51,537 nucleotides of DNA, taken from a virus. Its lineage: Duplodnaviria; Caudoviricetes. Positions 1-8,958 of the stretch are shown piece after piece. Positions within the stretch are counted from its first letter, which is position 1, and each line of letters opens with the position of its first letter. The notes below the pieces were generated by a model. The model saw only the letters and a list, made by a program, of their open reading frames with translations, was not told where the DNA came from and did not search any database. The DNA lies in the IMG/VR virus record IMGVR_UViG_3300043907_000016, positions 1 through 51,537 of that record; one strand, 5' to 3'. A program made the translations under genes and the position numbers.

Positions 1-961
1 TGGCGGCGGTAAAGTTTGTTAGGTTGCTGGCCGTTGTGGCGGTTGTCGCGGTCGCCGCGTTACCGCTGATCGATCCTCCGCTGGTGATATAGCCGTTCGG
101 GTTCGTGCTGTTGTATGGCGTGAATCCCAGCGCGGTGGTGACGTTTGCGCTGGTGATGCCTGTGATGTAGCCCGGCCCGTTTGTAAGCTGGTTCAGGTTC
201 GTCAGGTTGCTGGTGTCCCACAGCTTTTTCCAGCTGCCCCATGTGGTGCCGCTGCCGCTGCGCTGCCAGATGTTTCCGTTGTCGGTGAAGCCCAGTTGGT
301 GCGACAGACCGCCCGACCAGTCGGTGCCGCTGCCGTACTGTCGGAAAGTCATTTCACCGAAGTAATTGCCCCCGTCGCTCAAGCCCTCGGTGGTGTTCTG
401 CTTGAAGTCGAACAACACACCCATGCTACCCAGCGTCTGCGGCGTCGTGGTGGTGCCTCGGCTGTCCGTGACCTGATGCATGACGGCCACGGATGCGGTC
501 GCCGCGTTACCGCTGATCGAGCCGCTGCTGGTGATGTAGGCGTTCGGGTTCGTGCTGTTGTAGGGTGTAAATCCCAAAGCCGTCGTCACCATGGCCGAAG
601 TGATGCCGGTGATATAGCCCGATGGGTTGGTGCTGTTGTAAGGCGTGAACCCTAATGCACCCGTCACATCACCAGAGCTCAACGTGATTGAGCCAGTCCT
701 GGTGTTGAATGACGAGACGCCAGCCGTGATCGTGAAGTCTCCGGATCCCAGTAGGGAAGTTCCGTTAATCGTCTTGATGCTGGAGCCCGATACCAGAATC
801 GTTTGGTAGGTGCTGGCTGCTGTCGCGCTTTGTAGGTAAGGCGACAGGTTTGAGGCGACGAGCTTCTGCCCGAGCTCAGTGTTGAGCGCCGTGAAATTTG
901 CATCGAGCTCGTCATTGGTCAAGGTGAAACCCTTGACATGCCTCAGTGTTAGAGCGGCCAT
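1..961 (-). CDS. Tail/collar fibre protein, N-terminal part (truncated by the left window edge)
   Basis: Absent from the ORF track because it is open at the edge. Read manually from ATG 961 (GGAG upstream): MAALTLRHVKGFTLTNDELDANF..., with no stop down to base 2. Contains three ALGFTPYNSTNPxxYIT repeats, SISGNAATA motifs and a knob-like segment ending WQRSGSGTTWGSWKKLWDTSN. Confidence 0.85.
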   Translation of the reverse strand, partial: MAALTLRHVKGFTLTNDELDANFTALNTELGQKLVASNLSPYLQSATAASTYQTILVSGSSIKTINGTSLLGSGDFTITAGVSSFNTRTGSITLSSGDVTGALGFTPYNSTNPSGYITGITSAMVTTALGFTPYNSTNPNAYITSSGSISGNAATASVAVMHQVTDSRGTTTTPQTLGSMGVLFDFKQNTTEGLSDGGNYFGEMTFRQYGSGTDWSGGLSHQLGFTDNGNIWQRSGSGTTWGSWKKLWDTSNLTNLNQLTNGPGYITGITSANVTTALGFTPYNSTNPNGYITSGGSISGNAATATTATTASNLTNFTAA

Positions 962-980
962 AGACCTTTACTCCGGGGAA

Positions 981-1421
981 TTAGCTGACAGTTACAGCCC
1001 AGGTGATGCTCATTGCATCGCTGGCGCCTTTGTTCACAACGCTAAAAACTGTGCGGCACAACATCGTTCCACCAGTGGAGTTGTTGAACAGGCCAGCTTC
1101 GGTGATCGCTCCAGTTCCAGTTCCAGGTGGGAACGTAGCTGCGTAAGTCGAAGTCTGACCAGATGCAGATGCGGAGCTCAGCGTTACTCGACCCAGTTCG
1201 CTTCCAAGCGCGGTGTCTGCCGCTGCGGCTGCGGTGGATCCTGAACCAACAGCCATGTTCGACATCGTCGTTTGAGATGCGTCGATCATGCGCGAGGCAA
1301 TGAAGCTCTTGCCGGTCGTAACAACCAGGTTTTTGATCTCTCGGCGGTCTTTCTCTATGCCGTCTGGACCAGTGATGACGACGGTAACGTCGCCTGTAAC
1401 TTTAATTTGTTCGTTGATCAT
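981..1421 (-). CDS. Virion structural protein (tail-collar/baseplate-wedge-like)
   Basis: 146 aa with NLVVTTG, MAVGSG..AAADTAL..ELGR, ATF...G.ITEAGLFN and ITW motifs typical of phage fibre-attachment domains. Confidence 0.7.
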   Translation of the reverse strand: MINEQIKVTGDVTVVITGPDGIEKDRREIKNLVVTTGKSFIASRMIDASQTTMSNMAVGSGSTAAAAADTALGSELGRVTLSSASASGQTSTYAATFPPGTGTGAITEAGLFNNSTGGTMLCRTVFSVVNKGASDAMSITWAVTVS

Positions 1422-1433
1422 GTGATTCTCCGT

Positions 1434-2333
1434 TCAGAATTTGAAAGACGATCCGACGTAGTCCTCTGCGAAATATGTTGGATCGCAGTAACTTTGGGAT
1501 ACTCCACTGCCAGAATCCGATGTGGAAACCGCATCGGTTCTTGTAGCAGAGAACCCAATTGCCGTTGCGTCGGTTGCAAAGGCGACATTTGAAAATGATT
1601 TGGCAACTGAATACAGTACGCCGTCATGAGCGCCGGCATAATCATTCATGCCAACGCCATCGATCAGTGACTTACCAAATGATCTGATCAATGCATCCGC
1701 AAAGAGAGCAGAATCACCCAAAACTTTTGATGCAATCTTGACAGCCTGATCAGACGTTGCAAATTGATCCGAAAACAATTTACTCAACGACCAATATTTG
1801 GAATCCATCGTGCCGAATGTTTCGCTCAAAACTTTTGCAGTGCTGAGCTTGACCGTATCTGAAACAACCCCTTGATCGCTGACGTTCTTGAAAAACGTTT
1901 TAATGCTCTGGTCGCTGGTAAAAAACGAATCCGCAAGCAATTTACTGACGCTCTTTGACACGGACTCAGTCACGCCAAACGAGTCAGAGAAGGCTCGGAT
2001 ATAGGTCAGTGTCCGCGAGAATTCTTCTGTGAAACCAAATGAATCCTGGGTAATCTTATTGACGTTAAGCGCGCGGAGGTCGGAAACCGATACAGATTCA
2101 CTGGCCGACTTTTGAAAGCTGATGACTTTGTTATCGGTAGTGACGAACGAGTCGATCTTGTATTGATAACGCCCAGTTGTGTCGAGTCTGGCGGCAGCTG
2201 CCACCAAGATGTATGCAATGTTCGCAACTGGAACCACGTTGTACACGCTTGCTGCCATCAAGACGCGGCTGACCTGTGCCACCGGCTCGGTGACAACCAG
2301 GTTTGCGCGAATACTGACGCTGGAGACTTGCAT
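1434..2333 (-). CDS. Virion structural protein with ~18-aa tandem repeats
   Basis: 299 aa, Ser/Thr/Asp-rich, with about 10 units of the form xDxFxxSDxxxxxxxKxL. Start overlaps the upstream stop codon. Confidence 0.7.
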   Translation of the reverse strand: MQVSSVSIRANLVVTEPVAQVSRVLMAASVYNVVPVANIAYILVAAAARLDTTGRYQYKIDSFVTTDNKVISFQKSASESVSVSDLRALNVNKITQDSFGFTEEFSRTLTYIRAFSDSFGVTESVSKSVSKLLADSFFTSDQSIKTFFKNVSDQGVVSDTVKLSTAKVLSETFGTMDSKYWSLSKLFSDQFATSDQAVKIASKVLGDSALFADALIRSFGKSLIDGVGMNDYAGAHDGVLYSVAKSFSNVAFATDATAIGFSATRTDAVSTSDSGSGVSQSYCDPTYFAEDYVGSSFKF

Positions 2334-2662
2334 CAGAACTGCTCTCTGACTTTGAACTTGAGCGGGTCGTACACCGTTTGCACTGTGCCGTCAGAAAACG
2401 TGACCTCAATCTCTCCCTCGTAATCTCCGGCATCTCCTAGCAACATTCCAGGGGCGGAGGCGGGATAAAAAGCAACAACGCCATTGGGGCCGTCAGTAAC
2501 AGATCCTGTCACCGTGGCCAACAAAGTAGTTGACCCAACAGCACGGAACTTCAAAAGAACAGTAGCGCCGGTCAGGGTAATCGGAGCGCCAGTTGTGTTA
2601 TCGGTCAGAGTGCAAACCAAAGCTGGCTTGGTATCACCTTGAACGAGCTTGATTTTGTCCAT
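2333..2662 (-). CDS. BppU-like (baseplate upper protein N-terminal-type) structural protein
   Basis: IKLVQGDT.P.L...L and GDYEGEIEVTFSDG.VQT motifs. Confidence 0.65.
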   Translation of the reverse strand: MDKIKLVQGDTKPALVCTLTDNTTGAPITLTGATVLLKFRAVGSTTLLATVTGSVTDGPNGVVAFYPASAPGMLLGDAGDYEGEIEVTFSDGTVQTVYDPLKFKVREQF

Positions 2663-2663
2663 T

Positions 2664-3317
2664 TCAAATCCTCCGCAGCTTTACGCTCAGGTCTGAGCGC
2701 ACTTGGCCGTGCAGAGCTCTGGACCGCGCAAGGTTGATGCCCTGCTGGAACAGTCCCTTGTGGACCGCTGCCATTTCAACGTTGGTATAGGGTTTACCCG
2801 CACTCATCATCAGTCGTGACAAAGCGCCGCTGGCGATCACCTCGGCGTAGTCCTCAAACACGACGTCTTCGACTTCGGAGCTGGCGCGAGTGGGCTTCAA
2901 TGCCACCCGCATCGTCAGACCGTTGGGGTACTTCTTGTCGGGGGGATTCCATACGGAGATCGTTCGCTCATCCTTCTGGAGGTATTTGCTGGGGGTGTTG
3001 TTGACGCTTTGGTACGAACTGAACAGTCGGTTGTAGACCGATGCGTCACGCACAAAGTCAGGCGCCAATGGGTCGAGCTGGTTGTTCTCAAGCCACGCTT
3101 TCATGACCTTCACGACCAGGTAACCGGCTGGAGGCTCCAGGTCATAGTCCACAATCCCTTCGATCAATGTGACTGGATCATGGTCTCGTTGCAGAATCAG
3201 GCTCTTTTCACAGAACTCAATCACCGCATTACGCACGGCGTTTGCAACGATTACCTCTGCGGCGGCAGGCACCTCGGGCAAAACGTTGGGGAAGAAATCT
3301 TCGTAAGACGCCATCAC
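2664..3317 (-). CDS. Head-tail adaptor/connector-type protein
   Basis: 217 aa located downstream of the capsid gene; AVIEFCEKS and IASGAL.RLM motifs resemble podovirus adaptor proteins. Confidence 0.6.
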   Translation of the reverse strand: MMASYEDFFPNVLPEVPAAAEVIVANAVRNAVIEFCEKSLILQRDHDPVTLIEGIVDYDLEPPAGYLVVKVMKAWLENNQLDPLAPDFVRDASVYNRLFSSYQSVNNTPSKYLQKDERTISVWNPPDKKYPNGLTMRVALKPTRASSEVEDVVFEDYAEVIASGALSRLMMSAGKPYTNVEMAAVHKGLFQQGINLARSRALHGQVRSDLSVKLRRI

Positions 3318-4006
3318 ACGCCTCCAGCCTTGATTGCGGCGGGATTACTTTCCGCGCCCTTACGGTTGAGCGACATGCCAAACGCCACATCTTTCTGGAG
3401 CTTGATGCCAAGGATCGAGGCAAACAAAGACAGGTAGCTTGAAGCAAGCTGAGCGTTCCCTGCGAAGTCCGCCTCTTTGGTGTACGCACGGAATAGAACG
3501 AACAGCACGACGCTCTCAAAATACGCGTCCGAGATCGTCAAGTCATCGGTGGTTGCCGTCAGCGCGGTCGGACGCTTGGCGTAAAGAACCTCAATCTTTG
3601 TGCCAGCAGCAGCAGGTGGATTGACCCAGAAGTTGGTGGGATTGCGTTCGTCGTAGACCGAGTTCTTGATCTCAGTCTTCTGGCTGTTCGTATGCCAGTA
3701 CGGGTCGTACGAATCCAGGGTGTCCCGATCGGTCGGTCGGATGGCGCGGCCAGGTGTAGTTCCGTTGGATCCCATGTTGCGGATCACGTCCAGCAAACGG
3801 TATCCAGCAGCAGGGATCGATTGCTTCGAGCCTGCGGCAAGACCGATCACCTCGTTGACTGGAAAACAGTCAGGGCGGTAGATGGCAATCACGCCCTGGG
3901 CGTCATTGACAGCGTCGATCAGCTCCTGGTCGGTCCAACGATAACCAGTAGCATCTGCATCATTAAGAATTGATCGAACCCTGGAGATGACGTCCGAGAC
4001 CTTCAT
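3314..4006 (-). CDS. Head-tail adaptor protein (DUF6682-like)
   Basis: N-terminal VISRVRSILND...RWTDQELIDAVNDAQ..IA..RPD signature; ATGA overlaps with neighbouring genes. Confidence 0.7.
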   Translation of the reverse strand: MKVSDVISRVRSILNDADATGYRWTDQELIDAVNDAQGVIAIYRPDCFPVNEVIGLAAGSKQSIPAAGYRLLDVIRNMGSNGTTPGRAIRPTDRDTLDSYDPYWHTNSQKTEIKNSVYDERNPTNFWVNPPAAAGTKIEVLYAKRPTALTATTDDLTISDAYFESVVLFVLFRAYTKEADFAGNAQLASSYLSLFASILGIKLQKDVAFGMSLNRKGAESNPAAIKAGGV

Positions 4007-4254
4007 GCTTCACCCGTCTGTTGTTTGGGCTTGCGTACCGGCTTGATTGCCTCTTTTTTGAACACCTCGAGGGCGTCCTCAATACTCAGGCTTTCCGTGA
4101 TTTCCGGCTCCGCTGTCTCTGGATTTTCGTTGGTGTTTTCTTCCTCGACCGGCTTGGGTGGGGGCTCGTATGGCTCCATGTCTGGGCGAGCTGCGAGCAT
4201 TGGCGTCCACATGAAGACGTTGCCGGTGGTTTTCTGTTTTAGAAGCTTTTGCAT
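4003..4254 (-). CDS. Hypothetical protein downstream of the capsid gene
   Basis: 83 aa, GGAG RBS, stop overlaps the next start. Confidence 0.7.
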   Translation of the reverse strand: MQKLLKQKTTGNVFMWTPMLAARPDMEPYEPPPKPVEEENTNENPETAEPEITESLSIEDALEVFKKEAIKPVRKPKQQTGEA

Positions 4255-4265
4255 TCACAATCTCC

Positions 4266-4301
4266 AAAAAAAAGGGAGGGAGTTTCCTCCCTCCCTTTTT
4301 T
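4266..4301. terminator. Intrinsic terminator after the major capsid gene
   Basis: A7-GGGAGGGAG-ttt-C-CTCCCTCCC-T6 hairpin with A and T runs on both flanks. Confidence 0.85.
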
Positions 4302-4314
4302 AGGGTTTACCCTA

Positions 4315-5301
4315 TCACTGGCGAATGTAGGCGTGGACCAAAGCTTCGGGCTTGGTGGTCTTGAAGCCGTACACGTTCAGGCCGCGAACGATGTTGCCAA
4401 ACGTGGTCTGAGCACGCAGGGTTTCAACGTTGGTCATTTGCGAAGCGAAGGAAATCGCATCGCGGGTACCGGCCATGATGTGCCATGCGGGGTAGTCGGC
4501 AGCGGCGCCGGTACCACCAGCGGCGCTGTCAGAACCCAGGTCAGTGACCTTCGACAGGTTGTTCGACACGTAGACCGTAAAACGGTCGATCATGCCGATC
4601 TTGCCGTTACGCAAGGGGGAGACGTTGTCACCGGTCACGTACGCTTGACGCAGTTCAGAGCTCTTGATCACCGAAGCCATCCAGGCAGGGATGACCAACC
4701 AACGGCCATCTTCTGGCACGTTCTGCTCGTCCAAACACTGGCCCATGCTCAAGATGGTGTTCAGGACGTTGCTGGAAGTAACCTGGATGGGAGCGCCGGT
4801 AGTGCCCAGGTTGATGTTGCCAGACAGAAAACCAGCGGTGGCGCCCTGGTTGGCAGCAGCGGCGTCGGCGTAGGCAGAGCCCAACACGTCAGCGTCGATC
4901 GCAATCTTCATCTGCTGAGCGGCGTCATTGGTGAAGATGTCCATCAACTTAATATCGGCCTGGGTCGCATCCACGTCGTCCAAAACGACAGCGAAATACT
5001 TGCCATGGTCGATGTTCAGCTCCAACGGGGTGCTGGTAGGAACTTGAGAAGTCAAGTTCATGCCTTTGTTGTAAGAGCTGATGGTGATGGTGGGGATCGA
5101 ACGGATGTAGACTTTGTCGCCTTGACCCTTGATCTCGCCTTCCCAATCGTTGTTGGTGATTTCACCCAGGACGGTGCTCTTGTAGAACTTGACCTGGAGT
5201 TTGCCCGACCATACCTCGGGGATAAAATTGGAACCAGTAGCAAGCGAATAATCGCCAGTGTTACTGGAACCGTAGTAGTTACTGGAAGCTGCGACTGACA
5301 T
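4315..5301 (-). CDS. Major capsid protein (HK97 fold)
   Basis: 328 aa after the scaffold gene. FIPEVWSGKL..KFY, WEGEIK..GD.V.I, LDEQNVPEDGRW and RGLNVYG motifs; biased codon use; followed by a terminator. Confidence 0.92.
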   Translation of the reverse strand: MSVAASSNYYGSSNTGDYSLATGSNFIPEVWSGKLQVKFYKSTVLGEITNNDWEGEIKGQGDKVYIRSIPTITISSYNKGMNLTSQVPTSTPLELNIDHGKYFAVVLDDVDATQADIKLMDIFTNDAAQQMKIAIDADVLGSAYADAAAANQGATAGFLSGNINLGTTGAPIQVTSSNVLNTILSMGQCLDEQNVPEDGRWLVIPAWMASVIKSSELRQAYVTGDNVSPLRNGKIGMIDRFTVYVSNNLSKVTDLGSDSAAGGTGAAADYPAWHIMAGTRDAISFASQMTNVETLRAQTTFGNIVRGLNVYGFKTTKPEALVHAYIRQ

Positions 5302-5331
5302 GATAAAAGCCTTTCAAGCTTAGTAGCCGGC

Positions 5332-6276
5332 TTACCGCACCCTTCGTTCGCGGATTGCCAACTGAATTTCTTGGTCAATGGCCGCAGCATCTTTTTCACT
5401 CAACTCACCTCGACGGTCCCTGGCGTAGAAATCAGCGATCTCTGCGCGGGTCCAGATCTTTTTGCCCGGAGGAGCCTCGGGTGTCCGAGTCGCCACTGGC
5501 GCAACCTGTGAGTCAAGCGAAGCAGTTGCTGCCGCCGACTTATTTTCCTGAACCTTCTTGAACGCTTTGAAGAATCTGGCAACGCGATCCGCATCGCGCT
5601 TCTCTTCAGCCTCCGACAAAATGGCTTGGCGTGTATAGCCGGTAATCTCATCGGATTCACCGAGCCATGCGTGGAAGTCTGGGTCATCGTTGATCGCCAT
5701 CCAGTCCGGTACCGATCCAGTCAGCTTGTCAAAGAAGCTCACCTCGCGGTTCTGGACCATGTTGCTGTCCAACGACTCCAGCCGTTTCTTGAGCTGGGCA
5801 ATCTCCGTGTCTTTGGCTTGAACCTCTTCCCGCGCTGCGCGGCGAATCAAGTCAACCAACGGCTCACCAAACTCATTCACTTCCTCGGGCTTGACCAACG
5901 ATTCCTTCGGTTTCGTCAGGCTTGCCTTCAACGCCTCCACTTCTTCGGTCAGGCTATTCAACTTGCCATCACGCTCTTTGATCGCCGCATGCAGTCGCGG
6001 AACCTCGGCGTTGTACTTGCCGTGCAGCGTCTTGTATCTGGCTTCCCACTTGTCGTCTCCTTCCTGGCCGGCCGGCGCAGGTTGGGTGTTAGCAGGTGCA
6101 GGTGCCGTGGCTGCTGGTTCGCTCGGAGCCGGCGTATTGGCCGGAGGATCCGAAACAACTTGATCAGGTGGCGCCTGATCAGTTGGTGTCTGCTGGGGCT
6201 GTCGAGCCTGTTGCAGTCGTTGAAGAGCTTCGTCTGCCTTTCTTTCCGCCTCTAGGACGGCGCGTGGTAGGTTCAA
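5332..6276 (-). CDS. Scaffolding protein
   Basis: 314 aa between portal and capsid. Pro/Ala-rich N-terminus, coiled coil (RYKTLHGKYNAEVPRL), PDW..IN.DP.F..WL motif, basic C-terminus. Confidence 0.8.
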   Translation of the reverse strand: MNLPRAVLEAERKADEALQRLQQARQPQQTPTDQAPPDQVVSDPPANTPAPSEPAATAPAPANTQPAPAGQEGDDKWEARYKTLHGKYNAEVPRLHAAIKERDGKLNSLTEEVEALKASLTKPKESLVKPEEVNEFGEPLVDLIRRAAREEVQAKDTEIAQLKKRLESLDSNMVQNREVSFFDKLTGSVPDWMAINDDPDFHAWLGESDEITGYTRQAILSEAEEKRDADRVARFFKAFKKVQENKSAAATASLDSQVAPVATRTPEAPPGKKIWTRAEIADFYARDRRGELSEKDAAAIDQEIQLAIRERRVR

Positions 6277-6401
6277 TTCAAACTCCTTGAGCCTTCACTC
6301 CGCATCTGGGGTCGTTAGGGTTTTCCCTGATACTTCGTTCCGGTGTTCTCGGTGCCCATGCAATCCGCCATGGGTCCTGCGGCTTGCCCCGACGGGGCGA
6401 A

Positions 6402-6635
6402 TTACTTCATTTTTCGGAGGATGTCTCTTGCGTTTCGTCTTTTTTCCAAGAACTCTCCCAACGCTTGAGACGCTCCTTGCATCCAACGAGTGCGAACTTC
6501 GCTCTCAGTTGTTGCAGTCTCGTCACGAATTTGTTCCAAAGATCCTTCAATCCACTCACAAACCCGTTCAAAGTCATGGTTGCCTTCCAATGAGGCCAAC
6601 GATTGCAGAACTGTAATTGGTGCTTTTGTTAACAC
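6402..6635 (-). CDS. Small head-module protein
   Basis: Probable GTG start at 6635. Helical, with a QGASQAL motif like small proteins that follow podovirus portal genes. Confidence 0.55.
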   Translation of the reverse strand: MLTKAPITVLQSLASLEGNHDFERVCEWIEGSLEQIRDETATTESEVRTRWMQGASQALGEFLEKRRNARDILRKMK

Positions 6636-6640
6636 ACGAA

Positions 6641-6931
6641 TTACTTTTTGTAATCCTGCCAAGAACGCACGCCAGGACCACCTGTTTCATCACAGGTGTT
6701 GGGCGGCAGGAACCCAGGCTGCTGGCGCATCAACGGATAATCATCAGTGTCATCCGCCTCGACCGCACCGCCATCGGCATAACCTTTCACCATGCCACCG
6801 TTGGCATAGCCTTCTTTGGCTTCTTTGCTGGCGTACTGCGCTGGGGTCATGCGACCGGAAGCCAGAGCTTTACCTTCGGCAAGCTCTTCTTTGTAGGATT
6901 CCTTACCCTTGAAGGGCATTGTCTTTTTCAT
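6641..6931 (-). CDS. Hypothetical protein with tandem YAxGG motifs
   Basis: 96 aa, AAGGA RBS, contains GYANGGMVKGYADGGAV. Confidence 0.7.
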   Translation of the reverse strand: MKKTMPFKGKESYKEELAEGKALASGRMTPAQYASKEAKEGYANGGMVKGYADGGAVEADDTDDYPLMRQQPGFLPPNTCDETGGPGVRSWQDYKK

Positions 6932-6940
6932 GATGTTTCC

Positions 6941-8956
6941 TTATTGGACAAGGTTTGCTTCTTGGCCACCGGCAGGGTTGCCTGCGGCATCCAGTGTCGC
7001 TGGTGCTTGCTGTTGTTGCTGTTGTTGCAATGCCAGTTGTTGCATTTGCGCCGCTTGCATCTGCTGCTCTTTGAATTCGAGCTCCTCCGGCGTTGGCACG
7101 ATTTTGTCGGTGTCCATCTGGAGAGATTCGGCAACTTGGCGCAAAAGGTACGCCCTGCCATTCATGCCAATGATCTGGAGATCGACAGGGTTTGCTGTTG
7201 CCTGCAAGAACTCGTTGCGACGCATCTGCAACTGCTCTTTGGCAACCAGGCCCATGGCCCCCTTGGCAACGACTTTGAAGTCGCCTTTGGCCGAAATGTC
7301 CTGGTCGTAGATCATGTTGTGTACGTACATCCGACCAACGATCGAGGCAACCACCACATCGCATGAGGCAATCGCTTGCTTGATGCCCTTGGCTGCGTTG
7401 TCCATCAGCATCGACAGACCAGACGCCGTGCGGCCAGCACCGCCAGTAGACCCGGTGCCGTACACGTAGTTCGGGATACCGGTCACCTCATCGGCCTGCC
7501 TCATGTAGAACTGGTACACATTCAGCAGTTCTCCGGCATTCATGTTCGGCTGGAAGAACCTGACGGCAGGCTGACCGCCACCGGTGCGATCGGATGTGAC
7601 TTGCCAGATTTTCCATGGGAACATCGAGGTGACGTTTTCTCCATCTGGCAAACGGTCCACAGCGATTTCAGCCTGGGGTCCAGAAGCGATACCCATGTTG
7701 TTGGCCAGAGCTCGAGCTGCTGCATTGCACATGCCTTGCACATCGCGCATCTGCTCGGGAAGCGCCGTGCCCCAGAAGGATCCAGGGACCGGAATCCACT
7801 GAGCGATCTCGTAAGGACGCTGACCCAGGGGATCCGGGTTCAGGGCAACCTTGATGATGAAAGGTCCGATCTGCCAGACGTTGACCTCGTACTCTTTCAT
7901 CGGGTCAATCTTCTTGCCCTTGTATCCCCAGTCGATCAGCATCTTGCCGGACACAGAACCCCAGAACTCCAGAGCCTCGATTACTTCCTTGGTGTACAGA
8001 CGGGCATGTGGTTTACCCTCAAGCCGATCGCGTTCCTGGTCGCCCATTAACCACTGACGAAAACCAGTTTCGCCAAAGCGCTCGAGCACCTGGTCGATGT
8101 CTTTGTCGCTGTACCCAGGGGTGCCGCGCATGGCCTGGAGGCTGGCGCGTGTCAGGCGGTGACGTTCGATCAGGTACCCGTCGTTGACGGTGCTCGAGTT
8201 GGGTGACGGGAAGATGTCATGCGGGGAGACGCGGTTGGTCTCGCGCACGAAGTCGTTCACGATCATCGGCTGGAACTTGGGACCCCAGTGCATCACCTTC
8301 TTACGGCGAACAACAGGACCTTTGAGGATCGCAGTCGGATAGGTTACGAAGTCATCTACAAAGTCGCGAAAGGCTTGCTCGAATCCGCCGGCGGTCATCT
8401 GGTCGTCGATCTTGTCTTCCATGCGGTTGGCGCACTTGTCAGCCTCATCACGCATGCGATCCATGATCGCGTCGTGAACCTGCTCCATCCGGACACGGAA
8501 GGCTTCAGGGTGAAGCTGTCCGCCAGCCTGGACGAACTGCTGCATCTCCATCTGGACGAGCTCGACAATCCCAGCGGCAATCTCTGGCGGAAGCTCAGGT
8601 TCATTGGCTGACTGGAGCTCAAAGGCACGCCGTCCACCGCCAAGCATGACGTCGATGATCCAGTTGGCTGCGCCTCGAGCCTTGATGTCGGTGATGCGCA
8701 TGTAGATGTCTGAGCCACCGGTCTTGGCGATGTCCATCGCTTTGTCCGGGTCGTAGACCCCACGGCGCTGGCGCTCGCACTGGAGCAGTCGCTCAGTGAT
8801 CTCTGTCTTGGAGAACTTGGCGCGCTCCCAGCAATCCCTGATGTGACCAGATACTCCGGTATAGAGAAGATCGATGAGATCGTTCGTTTGATTTACTTTG
8901 ACGTCCACCTCTACCGGTTGAGGGGCGCCAATCATTCCAATGGCAATTCCGTTCAT
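6941..8956 (-). CDS. Portal protein
   Basis: 671 aa directly after TerL. P22-like portal layout (RVSP.DIFP.P, TASGLSMLM.NA.K.IK) with a Gln-rich C-terminal tail. Confidence 0.9.
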   Translation of the reverse strand: MNGIAIGMIGAPQPVEVDVKVNQTNDLIDLLYTGVSGHIRDCWERAKFSKTEITERLLQCERQRRGVYDPDKAMDIAKTGGSDIYMRITDIKARGAANWIIDVMLGGGRRAFELQSANEPELPPEIAAGIVELVQMEMQQFVQAGGQLHPEAFRVRMEQVHDAIMDRMRDEADKCANRMEDKIDDQMTAGGFEQAFRDFVDDFVTYPTAILKGPVVRRKKVMHWGPKFQPMIVNDFVRETNRVSPHDIFPSPNSSTVNDGYLIERHRLTRASLQAMRGTPGYSDKDIDQVLERFGETGFRQWLMGDQERDRLEGKPHARLYTKEVIEALEFWGSVSGKMLIDWGYKGKKIDPMKEYEVNVWQIGPFIIKVALNPDPLGQRPYEIAQWIPVPGSFWGTALPEQMRDVQGMCNAAARALANNMGIASGPQAEIAVDRLPDGENVTSMFPWKIWQVTSDRTGGGQPAVRFFQPNMNAGELLNVYQFYMRQADEVTGIPNYVYGTGSTGGAGRTASGLSMLMDNAAKGIKQAIASCDVVVASIVGRMYVHNMIYDQDISAKGDFKVVAKGAMGLVAKEQLQMRRNEFLQATANPVDLQIIGMNGRAYLLRQVAESLQMDTDKIVPTPEELEFKEQQMQAAQMQQLALQQQQQQQAPATLDAAGNPAGGQEANLVQ

Positions 8957-8958
8957 GA

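Noticed and set aside
4249-5298. 349-aa + strand ORF opposite the capsid gene
   Set aside because: Codon-aligned shadow ORF of a biased gene; no RBS or recognisable motifs.
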